Positions 9,819 through 18,949 of a stretch of DNA of 64,000 nucleotides are shown piece by piece; the stretch's first letter is position 1; the number at the start of each line of letters is the position of its first letter. The stretch is taken from the NCBI GenBank assembly GCA_964410105.1, contig CAYPFY010000012.1:1-64000 (forward strand). The letters run 5' to 3'. A program made the position numbers and the translations under genes. Source of the stretch: an uncultured Chlorobiaceae bacterium (GTDB taxonomy: Bacteria > Bacteroidota > Ignavibacteria > UBA10030 > SZUA-254). The notes under the pieces were generated by a model that was not told where the DNA came from, did no database searches, and saw only the letters and a list, made by a program, of their open reading frames with translations.

Positions 9819-9990
9819 ATTTGGCTTAGAGAGACTGTTGCGCGTCAGAGGCCATTTTCGTATCATTCCTTAGGAGCAGTTGTCATTCTTTTCCGGCTGC
9901 CGGGATAGGATTTCGGCACATGCCAGTATCGACAGGTCCTGCGTAGATGGGTGGAGAGAGATACCCACTAATGATGGTGCAAAACGTATA

Positions 9991-10566
9991 ATGGCAATCA
10001 ACCAATCCCAGATTCGAGAAAGGCACTCGGAATTCGAACGGGAAGCTCTCCCGCATATGGATATTCTTTTCAACTATGCACTGAGGATGACCGGGAATCC
10101 GGACGATGCGAAAGACCTGGTTCAGGAGACATTCCTCAAGGCGTATCGGTTTTGGGATAAGTACGAGAAGGGAACGAATATCCGGGCATGGCTGTTTCGG
10201 ATAATGAAGAATTCGTACATTAATCGTTATCGGAAGGAAACAAAAGAGCCCGAGACTGTTGACTACGACGAGATTCAGAATTTTTACAATTCCATACGAT
10301 ACGAGGCAAGCGATCAGAACGACCTCCAGGAAAAAATATTTGGGGGACTCTTAGAGGACGATGTTACGAAGGCGATGGAAACACTTCCAGAGGATTTCCG
10401 GACCGTGGTCATCCTCTGCGACATAGAAGATCTGAGTTATGAGGAGATTGCGGAATTTGTCGATTGCCCGGTAGGGACAGTTCGTTCGAGGCTCCATCGT
10501 GGCAGGAAGATGCTGAGGGCGAAGCTGTTTGAATACGCGAAAAAGCACGGATACGTAACCAAGTAA
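9991..10566 (+). CDS. ECF-type RNA polymerase sigma-70 factor
   Basis: Region 2 (DAKDLVQETFLKAYRFW) and region 4 helix-turn-helix (LSYEEIAEFVDCPVGTVRSRLHRGRKML); ORF begins at 9880 but the conserved N-terminus starts at MAINQ (9991). Confidence 0.85.
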   Translation: MAINQSQIRERHSEFEREALPHMDILFNYALRMTGNPDDAKDLVQETFLKAYRFWDKYEKGTNIRAWLFRIMKNSYINRYRKETKEPETVDYDEIQNFYNSIRYEASDQNDLQEKIFGGLLEDDVTKAMETLPEDFRTVVILCDIEDLSYEEIAEFVDCPVGTVRSRLHRGRKMLRAKLFEYAKKHGYVTK

Positions 10567-10611
10567 CAGGTAGAGAATATTCGATAATTGTGAAGAGGTC
10601 GTAATCCCCAC

Positions 10612-11442
10612 GTGAATTGCCAAGGTGTAATTGAGAGCGTCACGGCTGCCGTTGACGGAGTACTCCCGCGCGAAATCGCCCCCCAGTTCGAAGATCACAT
10701 CGCTCACTGTCCGAGATGTCGGGCGGAATACGAGCTCGAGCGTGCGACTAAGGCACTAATCCGAATTCGCGTCCGTGCCTGTGCTGCGCCTTCCGACCTC
10801 CGGCAGCGAATTTCCGCCGCCCTTGAAAGCGAAAACCCTGTGGCAATTGGTCCGCAGCCCCTCCGGCGCAGGTTATTCACCTGGCCCGCGTGGCAGATGA
10901 TGCTAGCCGCGGGAGGAGTCGCCATTACCGTTCTTCTGCTTTTCGCCATCACCCCAACCAAGTCCCACCATAACCACTCCCAGCCGGCTGATGGCAACAT
11001 CATCCACCAGACATACAATAATTTTGATCGTATCCTGGACGGAAAGATCGTTCCGCAGGTTGCCTCCTCCGACCCTGCAGTTGTCGAAGCCTACATCCAG
11101 CCCAGGGTGAATTTTCATGTAAAAGTGCCGCGAATGAAGCGTTACACTCTCATGGGAGGCAATTCGAGTCTCTACCAGAACCGCGCGCTCGCGCACATCA
11201 TGTACCGGAGCGGTCATGACTTCGTCTACCTTTATCAGGTGCGTTATGGTGACGTGCTCGAGGGAACGGCTCTCAATCTTCCGCCGGACGTGATCGCCGA
11301 GTTGAAGCGCACCGGATGGTATTTTGAGAATCACTCACCGGATTGTTCCCTTGCGATTTGGCTTGTCGACTCGAGCATTTGTTGCGCGATCGCTGACGTC
11401 AAGAAGGACGAGCTCCTCGCCTCTTTGCTCGGGAGCGAATAG
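10612..11442 (+). CDS. Membrane-anchored zinc-finger (ZAS) anti-sigma factor
   Basis: H-x3-C-x2-C motif (HIAHCPRCR) near the N-terminus, one TM helix (MMLAAGGVAITVLLLFAIT), ~150-aa periplasmic domain; immediately downstream of the ECF sigma. Confidence 0.65.
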   Translation: MNCQGVIESVTAAVDGVLPREIAPQFEDHIAHCPRCRAEYELERATKALIRIRVRACAAPSDLRQRISAALESENPVAIGPQPLRRRLFTWPAWQMMLAAGGVAITVLLLFAITPTKSHHNHSQPADGNIIHQTYNNFDRILDGKIVPQVASSDPAVVEAYIQPRVNFHVKVPRMKRYTLMGGNSSLYQNRALAHIMYRSGHDFVYLYQVRYGDVLEGTALNLPPDVIAELKRTGWYFENHSPDCSLAIWLVDSSICCAIADVKKDELLASLLGSE

Positions 11443-11448
11443 CGCTGC

Positions 11449-12009
11449 ATGCGGAGGATCCCCCTATTCACTTTCGTTCTGGCAGCTCTACTTCACTTTC
11501 AAGGCTGCTCGAAAAAAGAGAACTCGGGCGGAGCGAGGGAAGCACCTCCCGCGGCCCTCGTTGCGGAGGTCTCGTCAGTGACGGCACGGACAGGCAGGGC
11601 CCCTAACTTCTCCTGGAAGGATCGGGACGGCAGAGTGATGGACTTCGATGCCTTTCGAGGAAGAGTGACTCTCGTGAACTTTTGGGCGACATGGTGTGTC
11701 CCCTGTAAGCGAGAATTGCCGGACCTCGTCGCCCTCAGCAAGGAATTTGTCAGCACGGATATTCGGATCCTGGGCGTCTCGACCGACCGAGGTGCCAACG
11801 TCGTTCAGGAAGTGGGATCATTTATTCAGGAGCATGGGATCCCGTACCAGAACGTCGTATCGAACGAAGAGCTGGAGGATGCCTTTGGCAATATCAGGAT
11901 GATACCGACCTCGTTCCTCATTGATCGCGATGGCAGGATCGCACAGACCTATGTCGGTCCGCGCTCGAAAGACTTCTTCAAACAGGCCATCGAGGCCCTG
12001 AGAAACTAG
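11449..12009 (+). CDS. TlpA/ResA-like thiol:disulfide oxidoreductase lipoprotein
   Basis: Lipobox (LHFQGCS) and thioredoxin active site WATWCVPCKRELPDL. Confidence 0.75.
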   Translation: MRRIPLFTFVLAALLHFQGCSKKENSGGAREAPPAALVAEVSSVTARTGRAPNFSWKDRDGRVMDFDAFRGRVTLVNFWATWCVPCKRELPDLVALSKEFVSTDIRILGVSTDRGANVVQEVGSFIQEHGIPYQNVVSNEELEDAFGNIRMIPTSFLIDRDGRIAQTYVGPRSKDFFKQAIEALRN

Positions 12010-12033
12010 GCCTTCCCCTCTCCGCCCGACTGC

Positions 12034-12708
12034 ATGACCGCTATCTCGACAATCGGCGAGTTTGGCCTGATTGAGCGGATCCGTCGTATCGTCGAAACCC
12101 GGGCTGGGCAGTAAAAGATCAGAGCCAATTGATCCACGGAATCAGGGATGATACCGCTGTGTTCCTGCCCCCCAGCCTCGGAAACCGTGCAGCTGTTGAC
12201 CACTGACGCGCTCGTCGAAGGAATCCACTTCGATCTGAGCTTCACATCATTAAGACATGTCGGCTGGAAGGCACTGTTGTCCAGTTTCAGTGATATTGCC
12301 GCCATAGGGGGTCGCCCGTTAAATGCGACAATCTCCATACCCCAGAAAATATCCATCGAGATGATAGACATCAGCGACGGATTAGCCTCCGAAATACATC
12401 ACCTGTGCCGCAGCTCGGGACTCGGGGCGGTGGTCTACGAACATAACCTGACGATGATTTCTGTTACTCAGGCGATTGCATCGGAGTTCAATGGACACTC
12501 TGTCGATTATGCGCTAGACGGGAGCGAGGAGTATGAGCTTCTCATCATCATAACCGACAAGGATTTTGAGGTGCTCGAGACTCTCCCTGGAGACACCTCC
12601 ATCATCGGTCGAACGCAGCAACGGGAAGAGGGACTTGAGCTCGTCGGAGAAAACGGAGAGCACACAAGCCTTCGATCGACGGGGTGGAACCATTTCCCCC
12701 GGAGCTAA
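12034..12708 (+). pseudogene. thiL: Thiamine-monophosphate kinase ThiL, disrupted (two compensating frameshifts and apparent internal deletion)
   Basis: Frame 1 gives MTAISTIGEFGLIERI...AGQ then stops (TAA 12112); frame 0 gives IHGIRDDTAVFLPPS (the GDDxAV motif); frame 1 resumes with LLTTDALVEGIHFDL ... DISDGL ... GSEEYELL; shifts sit at an A4 and a C6 run; ~120 aa of a normal ThiL are missing between the AIRS N-domain and the DISDGL block. Confidence 0.5.
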
Positions 12709-12759
12709 TCCCCTGAACAGCGGAGGCTGCGTCGCCAAAATCCCTCCCCGCAGCTCCAA

Positions 12760-13968
12760 ATGAATCGGATACGCGACTATTTAGGACTGCAGCATAACAT
12801 CCTCATCATGCTCCTCGCCGTGCTCCTCGTCGGAATGGGAGAGGAAATCTGGTCCCGCTTCGTCCCAAAATATCTCGAAATGGTTGGAGCAACAACGTTG
12901 GCAATTGCGGCATATGGAACGCTCGAAGATCTCCTCGATGCAATCTATCAGTATCCGGGAGGTTTGATTGCCGATAGACTGGGGAGGAGACGATCTCTAG
13001 TCCTTTTCATCGCAATCTCCTTACTCGGGTACCTCCTTTACCTCGGAGGCGGATCGTGGAAATGGATCCTCGTTGGTACAATATTTGTGTCAGCTTGGGG
13101 AAGCCTCGGCTCACCTGCGATGTTCGCGATCATCGGGGACAACTTACCATCGGAGAGACGAGCGATCGGATTTGGGGTGCAATCCATTCTGAAGCGCATT
13201 CCAATGGCGATCGCCCCCGTGATAGGAGGGTGGCTCTTGACGTGGAATGGATTCGAAAAGGGGGTTCGCATAGGACTGGGTATCACAATCTTGCTGGCGA
13301 TTCTGGCCATCTTCGCGGTTCTGCTATGGTATCGAGAAGACAAACCGGGGTTTTCGGGGAGCGCCAACTTGAAGGAAATCTGGAGATCGATGAATCCGGC
13401 GCTGAAGCGACTGCTACTTGCCGATTGTCTCGCTCGGTGGGCGGAAGGAATTCCAAGAGTTTTCATAGTCCTCTATGTCATGAACATTCTCCGGGCAGGT
13501 GCGATGCAATTTGGGTGGTTGTCATCGGCGCAGATGATTGCCGCGTTGATCGTCTACATCCCGATATCGAAATTATCCGACCGGGGGAATCGCAAACCAT
13601 TCATTGCGCTGACGTTTGCCTTTTTTGCCCTTTATCCGCTTACCCTCGTCTCGGCGTCGAGTCTTGGTTGGATCTTCGTTGCTTTCATCGCAGGAGGATT
13701 GCGTGAAATCGGAGAGCCGGCCCGCAAGGCGATGATCGTTGACCTGGCCCATGACCGGGCCCGCGGCCATTCGGTGGGAGTGTACTACTTGATCAGGGGA
13801 ATTGCCGTTTTTCCTGCATCCCTTCTGGGGGGGTGGTTATGGACCCTTGACTACCACCTTCCATTCTATGTCGCCTTTGCGATGGGGTTTGCGGGACTCA
13901 CCTATTATGTCCTTTCCATACCATTTGCCGGGACAATCCTGCAGCGGGAAGATGAACCCTCGACCTGA
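12760..13968 (+). CDS. MFS transporter
   Basis: 402 aa, 12 predicted TM segments, MFS-type loop motif GGLIADRLGRRRSL between TM2 and TM3. Confidence 0.8.
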   Translation: MNRIRDYLGLQHNILIMLLAVLLVGMGEEIWSRFVPKYLEMVGATTLAIAAYGTLEDLLDAIYQYPGGLIADRLGRRRSLVLFIAISLLGYLLYLGGGSWKWILVGTIFVSAWGSLGSPAMFAIIGDNLPSERRAIGFGVQSILKRIPMAIAPVIGGWLLTWNGFEKGVRIGLGITILLAILAIFAVLLWYREDKPGFSGSANLKEIWRSMNPALKRLLLADCLARWAEGIPRVFIVLYVMNILRAGAMQFGWLSSAQMIAALIVYIPISKLSDRGNRKPFIALTFAFFALYPLTLVSASSLGWIFVAFIAGGLREIGEPARKAMIVDLAHDRARGHSVGVYYLIRGIAVFPASLLGGWLWTLDYHLPFYVAFAMGFAGLTYYVLSIPFAGTILQREDEPST

Positions 13969-14222
13969 TTTCTGGACCTGCCGTGATTTTGGCTTTAATC
14001 CAAATTCACCCGGGTGTGGCAATCCTCTCTGGATCGGAGGCCTTTCCAGGAGAGACTGTTAGATCCATGATAATCCGATTCAGGCCTAGCATGGGCAAGG
14101 ACCTGATCTGCGCCCCTGAGATCGTCGTCCCCCTCATTGAATATAACTCGGGAAAGTGGTATAGTGTGGTTACCTCCGACTCCGAAGAAACAGACCAAGA
14201 TAAAACATTCTAGGAGTGCGCC

Positions 14223-15503
14223 ATGCCTTCATCCCGCCGTCGATTCATCCGTCAGGTCGCCAATGGCGTCATCGGCACTTGGGCACTCAGTGCCGTACCT
14301 GAATCCTCCCGCGCCCGATACATCATCGCCAAGGATCAGGATATAGCCCATGACGATGAGCATTTCTGGAGAGTAGTGAGAGACCAGTTTCCCCTCTCGC
14401 GCGAGCGCATCTATCTCAATAATGGCACGATAGGCCCATCTCCTTATCCGGTGCTGGAATCCGTGAAACGATCACTTGAAGAAATTGACACTTCCGGTGA
14501 CTACGGTGGCTGGGATACCGTGCGGCCAAAGCTGGCGAAATTCGTGAACGTCGCTGAGTCTGAAATTTCCTTGACACACAACGTCACCGAAGGCATAAAT
14601 GTGGTGGCCGGCGGATTACCTCTTCGACAGGGCGACGAGGTAATTCTCACTACTCACGAACATGTCGGAAACGCGCTGCCATGGCTCAATCGTCGACGGA
14701 TTGACGGCATCGTCCTCAAAGCATTGAAGCCCGCTCCAACGGCGGAGGAGAACCTTAATCGACTTAGTGATATGATCACCAAACGCACGCGCGCGATCGC
14801 GATCCCGCACATCACATGCACCGTCGGGCAGATCTTCCCTGCAAAGGAGATCGCGAAGCTCGGCCACGACAAAGGCCTCTGGGTATTTTTTGATGGTGCT
14901 CATGGTCCCGGTATGACCTCGCTTGATCTGAAGGAAATGGGATGTGACTTTTATGCTACCTGCTGCCACAAATGGATGTGCGGTCCGAAGGGCACGGGAT
15001 TTTTATACGTCCGGCAGGAACTCCTCGACGTCTTGCAGGCCCGTTGGGTTGGAGGGTATTCTGACTCCGGATGGGACATGACGACAGACCCACCGGAATT
15101 TAAAGGATATGTCCCGACGGCACATCGATATGATTTTGCGACCCAAAACGCCTCGATCTATATTGGCCTTGGAGCTGCGATCGACTTTCTCTATCACATC
15201 GGAATGGACAACATCGTCCGGAGAGGATCATCGCTTGCGGCCCATCTTCAGAGAGAACTTCTCAAACTAGGCGACAGGATTGAAATGCTCACTCCCACCG
15301 AAGACCGTTCGCGGGGGTTTGTGGTCGGATTCCGCCTGAAAAACATGCCGTACGACAAATTTGGTGAGCACGCGTCGAAAAAGGGATTTCGCATACGCCT
15401 AGTGGCGGAGGGACACTTGAACTCTATCAGGATTTCGAGTCACATATATAATTCCTATGAGGAGATCGATAAGTTCCTCGAAATTGTCCGGGAGGTAGCC
15501 TGA
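14223..15503 (+). CDS. Tat-signal class-V aminotransferase-fold PLP enzyme (isopenicillin-N-epimerase / cysteine-desulfurase-like)
   Basis: Twin-arginine motif SRRRFIRQVANGVIGTWALSA; class-V fold blocks including CCHKWMCGPKGTGFLYV (PLP-lysine region). Confidence 0.75.
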   Translation: MPSSRRRFIRQVANGVIGTWALSAVPESSRARYIIAKDQDIAHDDEHFWRVVRDQFPLSRERIYLNNGTIGPSPYPVLESVKRSLEEIDTSGDYGGWDTVRPKLAKFVNVAESEISLTHNVTEGINVVAGGLPLRQGDEVILTTHEHVGNALPWLNRRRIDGIVLKALKPAPTAEENLNRLSDMITKRTRAIAIPHITCTVGQIFPAKEIAKLGHDKGLWVFFDGAHGPGMTSLDLKEMGCDFYATCCHKWMCGPKGTGFLYVRQELLDVLQARWVGGYSDSGWDMTTDPPEFKGYVPTAHRYDFATQNASIYIGLGAAIDFLYHIGMDNIVRRGSSLAAHLQRELLKLGDRIEMLTPTEDRSRGFVVGFRLKNMPYDKFGEHASKKGFRIRLVAEGHLNSIRISSHIYNSYEEIDKFLEIVREVA

Positions 15504-15505
15504 CC

Positions 15506-16147
15506 TCAAGGGGCGAGACGCTTGATGGTCCATTTGGCCCCCTTCAGACGCTCATAAACGATGCGATCATGGAGCCGAGCCTCCCGCGCGTGCCAGAATT
15601 CGATCCGGCAAGGGATCACGCGGTATCCTCCCCAGAATGAAGGTCGGGGTATTTGATCGCCAGCGAGTTTCGTTTCACAAGCAGCACTTAGCCGTTCCAG
15701 CTCTTCCCGTGAAGAAAGATAAGCTCCCTGGGGCGAGGCCCAAGCGCTGACCTGGCTGTCACGCGGGCGCGAGCGAAAATACGCATCCGAATCCTGCTCG
15801 GCAACACGCTCCACAGACCCCTCAATCCTCACCTGAATCTCGAGAGCTTGCCAGTGGAAAACAAGCGCGGCCCGCGGATTCTTATCCAGCTCCTTCCCCT
15901 TCCGGCTTTGATAGTTCGTATAGAACACGAACCCCTTCCTGTCGGCGTGTTTCAGCAACACCATGCGTGCTGATGGCGCACCATCGGATGAAACGGTCGC
16001 GAGCGTCATAGCATTATGCAGCGGGACGTTCACCTCTGCAATTTGGAACCACCGTTCAAATTCTGTAAAGGGGTCGGGATCGACAGTCCGCTCGTCAATC
16101 GCACGATTCATTCGAATTAAATCCTGAATTGTGGAAGGTAAAGCCAC
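15506..16147 (-). CDS. pdxH: Pyridoxamine 5'-phosphate oxidase
   Basis: FVFYTNYQSRKGKEL, ALVFHWQALEIQVRIEG and IEFWHAREARLHDR blocks typical of PdxH; 213 aa. Confidence 0.85.
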   Translation of the reverse strand: MALPSTIQDLIRMNRAIDERTVDPDPFTEFERWFQIAEVNVPLHNAMTLATVSSDGAPSARMVLLKHADRKGFVFYTNYQSRKGKELDKNPRAALVFHWQALEIQVRIEGSVERVAEQDSDAYFRSRPRDSQVSAWASPQGAYLSSREELERLSAACETKLAGDQIPRPSFWGGYRVIPCRIEFWHAREARLHDRIVYERLKGAKWTIKRLAP

Positions 16148-16259
16148 CGTGAACCAATATAAAAATTTGGGTGCTCGAACTCAACGCCTGGCACCTGAGT
16201 CGCCGGCGTCAGGGATTGCGGAAAATGACTTATCTCACGATATTTCGTATCATGCATTC

Positions 16260-16451
16260 ATGGAAGACCAGACGACCGGCAGTTACATATGTGCCTATTG
16301 CGGTGAAGAGAACGAGACCATAATCGATCCATTCGGTGGACCGCCGCGAACCTACACGGAGGACTGTGCTGTCTGCTGCCGCCCCAATGTATTAAAGATC
16401 ACGTTCCTTTCCGGAGGAGGCGTCCATATCGAGGCTGAATTTGAAGGATAG
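16260..16451 (+). CDS. CPXCG-motif cysteine-rich zinc-ribbon miniprotein
   Basis: YICAYCGEENETIIDPFGG...EDCAVCCRPNVLKITF aligns with the Cys-rich CPXCG family (C-x2-C ... C-x2-C-C); ORF listed from 16131 but likely starts at ATG 16260. Confidence 0.6.
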   Translation: MEDQTTGSYICAYCGEENETIIDPFGGPPRTYTEDCAVCCRPNVLKITFLSGGGVHIEAEFEG

Positions 16452-16585
16452 TCTCGGATTTCCGAGGCGCCGCTCAAAGTGGGCATGCGAGGCGGGTGAT
16501 ACAACCCACGGGAGGTGATAGTAGCCACAACTCCTCACGTACGGATTTGCTTGATTGCATCCAGACACCTGAGGATAAGAGCCGC

Positions 16586-16735
16586 ATGAAAGTAAAATAC
16601 CAGTTCCCGACCCTTACGCGCGAGCAGCGCATTCTGATAGAATACATCCTTGAAGGAGAAGTCGAGAAGCAGGGGTGGTATGCCGTCATTGCGCTCGAAC
16701 TTTGGAAAACCGTAGGATTCATTTGCATTCAATAA
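16586..16735 (+). CDS. Small hypothetical protein (49 aa)
   Basis: ATG preceded by GAGGA 10 nt upstream; MKVKYQFPTLTREQRILIEYILEGEVEKQGWYAVIALELWKTVGFICIQ; no recognised family. Confidence 0.25.
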   Translation: MKVKYQFPTLTREQRILIEYILEGEVEKQGWYAVIALELWKTVGFICIQ

Positions 16736-16907
16736 AGGGACCATCCACGTGAAGTTCGTCGCATTTGCAGGCTTATTGTGCGGAATTGTCGCCGTCTCGA
16801 TGGCGATGAAGAAGGCCAAACCGCATCCGAGCGTCCGTCCTCGAGAGAGCGAGAGCCTCTACGCTATCGACGAACTCCTCCAGGAACAAGAGTTCTGACC
16901 ATCCTCC

Positions 16908-17798
16908 CTATTTTGTATCGAGGATAACGGGTAGGCCGTCTTTCCCGTTTCCAACGATAACCACTTTCGCGTTATTCGACTCCGCTATCTTCAGGGTTGC
17001 TTCGATTCCCTTCCAGCGCAACAAATTATCGCTGATCCCCTGAGTGACGATCTTCTGAAAATCTGAAATCCCCTGGGCTTCGATCCGCTTTCGCTCCGCC
17101 TCCTGTTTTTCCTTCGTGAGAATAAACTGCATCCTCTGGCTCTCCTGTTCGGCGCGAAGCTTTTCCTCAATGGCGGCGCTCAGACCCTGCGGAAGACCGA
17201 CGCGGCGGAGCGGGGTTGACTCTATCGAAATCCCTCTCGGCTCCACGATCTTCTTGAGATCATTAAGAATCAGATTCTCGACGGCGCTGCGCTCTGCCGT
17301 ATAAAGAGCTTTTGCCTCATACAAGGCGGTAACGCCGCGGCTCACCGACCGAAATTGCGGTTCGAGGAGCACAGATGAATAATTTTCACCGACAGATTTA
17401 TAAACATCTGAAGCTTGCTCCGGATTTAGGTGAAACAGGACGCTGACTTCAATCTGAGTCGTGAGGCCTTCCCTGCTCGGGGTGTCCATGGTCTCCTTCA
17501 TTTCCTGCGTCTGGATCGACATCTTGACGATCCTGGCGAGCGGGTTGATAAGGTTGATCCCTGAGTTCAGGGTCGCCGGCTGAACATTACCGAACACATC
17601 AACAACTCCGACATGACCAGCCGGGATAACAGCGAAGCACTCCGAAAGAGCCAATAGAGCCGAAAATGCCATAATCGATCCGCTCGCAAGCATAGCCGTT
17701 CGGAAAATAACATTCTTTTGCTGCACAACTTTCTTTCGTGCGGATGACCATGCCAGAAACGAAGCGATGCAAACGAGAAAGAAGAATATGAATAGCAT
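16908..17798 (-). CDS. SPFH/band-7 (prohibitin-like) domain membrane protein
   Basis: N-terminal TM helix then SPFH core (AVIPAGHVGVVDVFGNV ... EPQFRSVSRGVTALYEAKALYTAERSAVE) and a coiled-coil C-terminus; ORF extends to 17909 but likely starts at MLFIFFFL (17798). Confidence 0.7.
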   Translation of the reverse strand: MLFIFFFLVCIASFLAWSSARKKVVQQKNVIFRTAMLASGSIMAFSALLALSECFAVIPAGHVGVVDVFGNVQPATLNSGINLINPLARIVKMSIQTQEMKETMDTPSREGLTTQIEVSVLFHLNPEQASDVYKSVGENYSSVLLEPQFRSVSRGVTALYEAKALYTAERSAVENLILNDLKKIVEPRGISIESTPLRRVGLPQGLSAAIEEKLRAEQESQRMQFILTKEKQEAERKRIEAQGISDFQKIVTQGISDNLLRWKGIEATLKIAESNNAKVVIVGNGKDGLPVILDTK

Positions 17799-17898
17799 AA
17801 AAATCTCCCTGTTGTTGAAATGGATGATAGCGTGACAAGGTAACGAAGTTCGTGGGCAGATGCAATGAATTGGCGGATATGGTAATTTCTCGCGATCT

Positions 17899-18846
17899 TT
17901 GCGCACCATGGCAACGATCGTTAAACCTCCCCGATTGCGTCGGGGGGATGTTATCGGCGTCTGCGCACCGGCAAGTTCAGCATCCGCGCGCGAGGATCTT
18001 GAATCGGGCGTTCGATATTTGGAGAAGATGGGATTCCGTGTACGCCTGGGAAGGAATGTTCATAGGAGGCGCGGCTATCTTGCGGGCTCTGACGCTGAAC
18101 GGGCATCAGACATCAACGACTTCTTCTCCGACCGGACAGTCAAAGCCATATTTACAGTCCGGGGAGGTTATGGGTCAGGCCGGATCCTTTCCCTTCTTGA
18201 TTACCCCCTCATGCGCCGTCATCCCAAAATATTCGTGGGGTACAGCGACATTACGGCTCTACATTTTGCAATGCTTGCAAGGGCCGGGCTCATCACATTC
18301 TCAGGTCCGATGGTGGCCGTGGAAATGAGCCAGGGCCTTGAAGGTCAGGTTGAGGCTCGTTTCTGGGAGAATTTGATGCACCCCCGCCCTCCGTTGGCAA
18401 TGACGTCAGCCAGTCGGGGCACCACAGCCGCGGGAAAGAAACCTGTCAAGGGGCGGCTGCTGGGCGGGAATCTCACGCTCATCGCGACATTGCTCGGCAC
18501 ACCTTATTTCCCCAGAATCAGGGATCCGCTGATTCTCATTGAAGAGATTGACGAAAGACCATATCGTGTAAACAGAATGCTGCAGCAGTTGAAGCTTGCT
18601 GGCGTACTGGACCGGGCGGCCGGCATTGCTCTCGGAAGATTCATCGATTGCCGCCCGGAGAAGGGAAAGCCATCGCTCACCATCCAACAGGTTATCGAGG
18701 ATACTTTTTCCGGGTATCGTTATCCGGTCCTCGCAGGGATTCCCTACGGGCACTTCAAGGAATCCCTTTCTTTTCCCATTGGTATCCGCGTAAAACTTGA
18801 CACTGGGGCGGGACAAATAATCTTCCTTGAACCGGCAGTCGAATAG
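17899..18846 (+). CDS. ldcA: LD-carboxypeptidase (peptidase S66, muramoyltetrapeptide carboxypeptidase)
   Basis: GDVIGVCAPAS ... GYSDITALHFAM ... GHF blocks of the S66 family; 315 aa. Confidence 0.7.
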   Translation: MRTMATIVKPPRLRRGDVIGVCAPASSASAREDLESGVRYLEKMGFRVRLGRNVHRRRGYLAGSDAERASDINDFFSDRTVKAIFTVRGGYGSGRILSLLDYPLMRRHPKIFVGYSDITALHFAMLARAGLITFSGPMVAVEMSQGLEGQVEARFWENLMHPRPPLAMTSASRGTTAAGKKPVKGRLLGGNLTLIATLLGTPYFPRIRDPLILIEEIDERPYRVNRMLQQLKLAGVLDRAAGIALGRFIDCRPEKGKPSLTIQQVIEDTFSGYRYPVLAGIPYGHFKESLSFPIGIRVKLDTGAGQIIFLEPAVE

Positions 18847-18949
18847 TTTCCTCCTGAGGCGCATTAATAATAGTTCATTTTACCCGGTTTTCATTGACTC
18901 TTCGGAGGAATATGTGTAACTTTGAGCGAAAAAATTCCTGGATACATGC

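Noticed and set aside
12148-12708. Treating the 186-aa ORF as an intact short ThiL starting at MIPLCSCPP
   Set aside because: The conserved ThiL N-terminal motifs (GEFGLIERI, GDDTAV) are encoded just upstream in other frames, so the ATG at 12148 is not the real start. The gene is better described as frameshifted.
14085-14135. TPP-riboswitch-like fragments (ACCTGATCTG and CTGAGA) upstream of the Tat aminotransferase
   Set aside because: The two elements occur in the wrong order relative to the TPP aptamer consensus, and the flanking P2/P3 pairing partners are absent.
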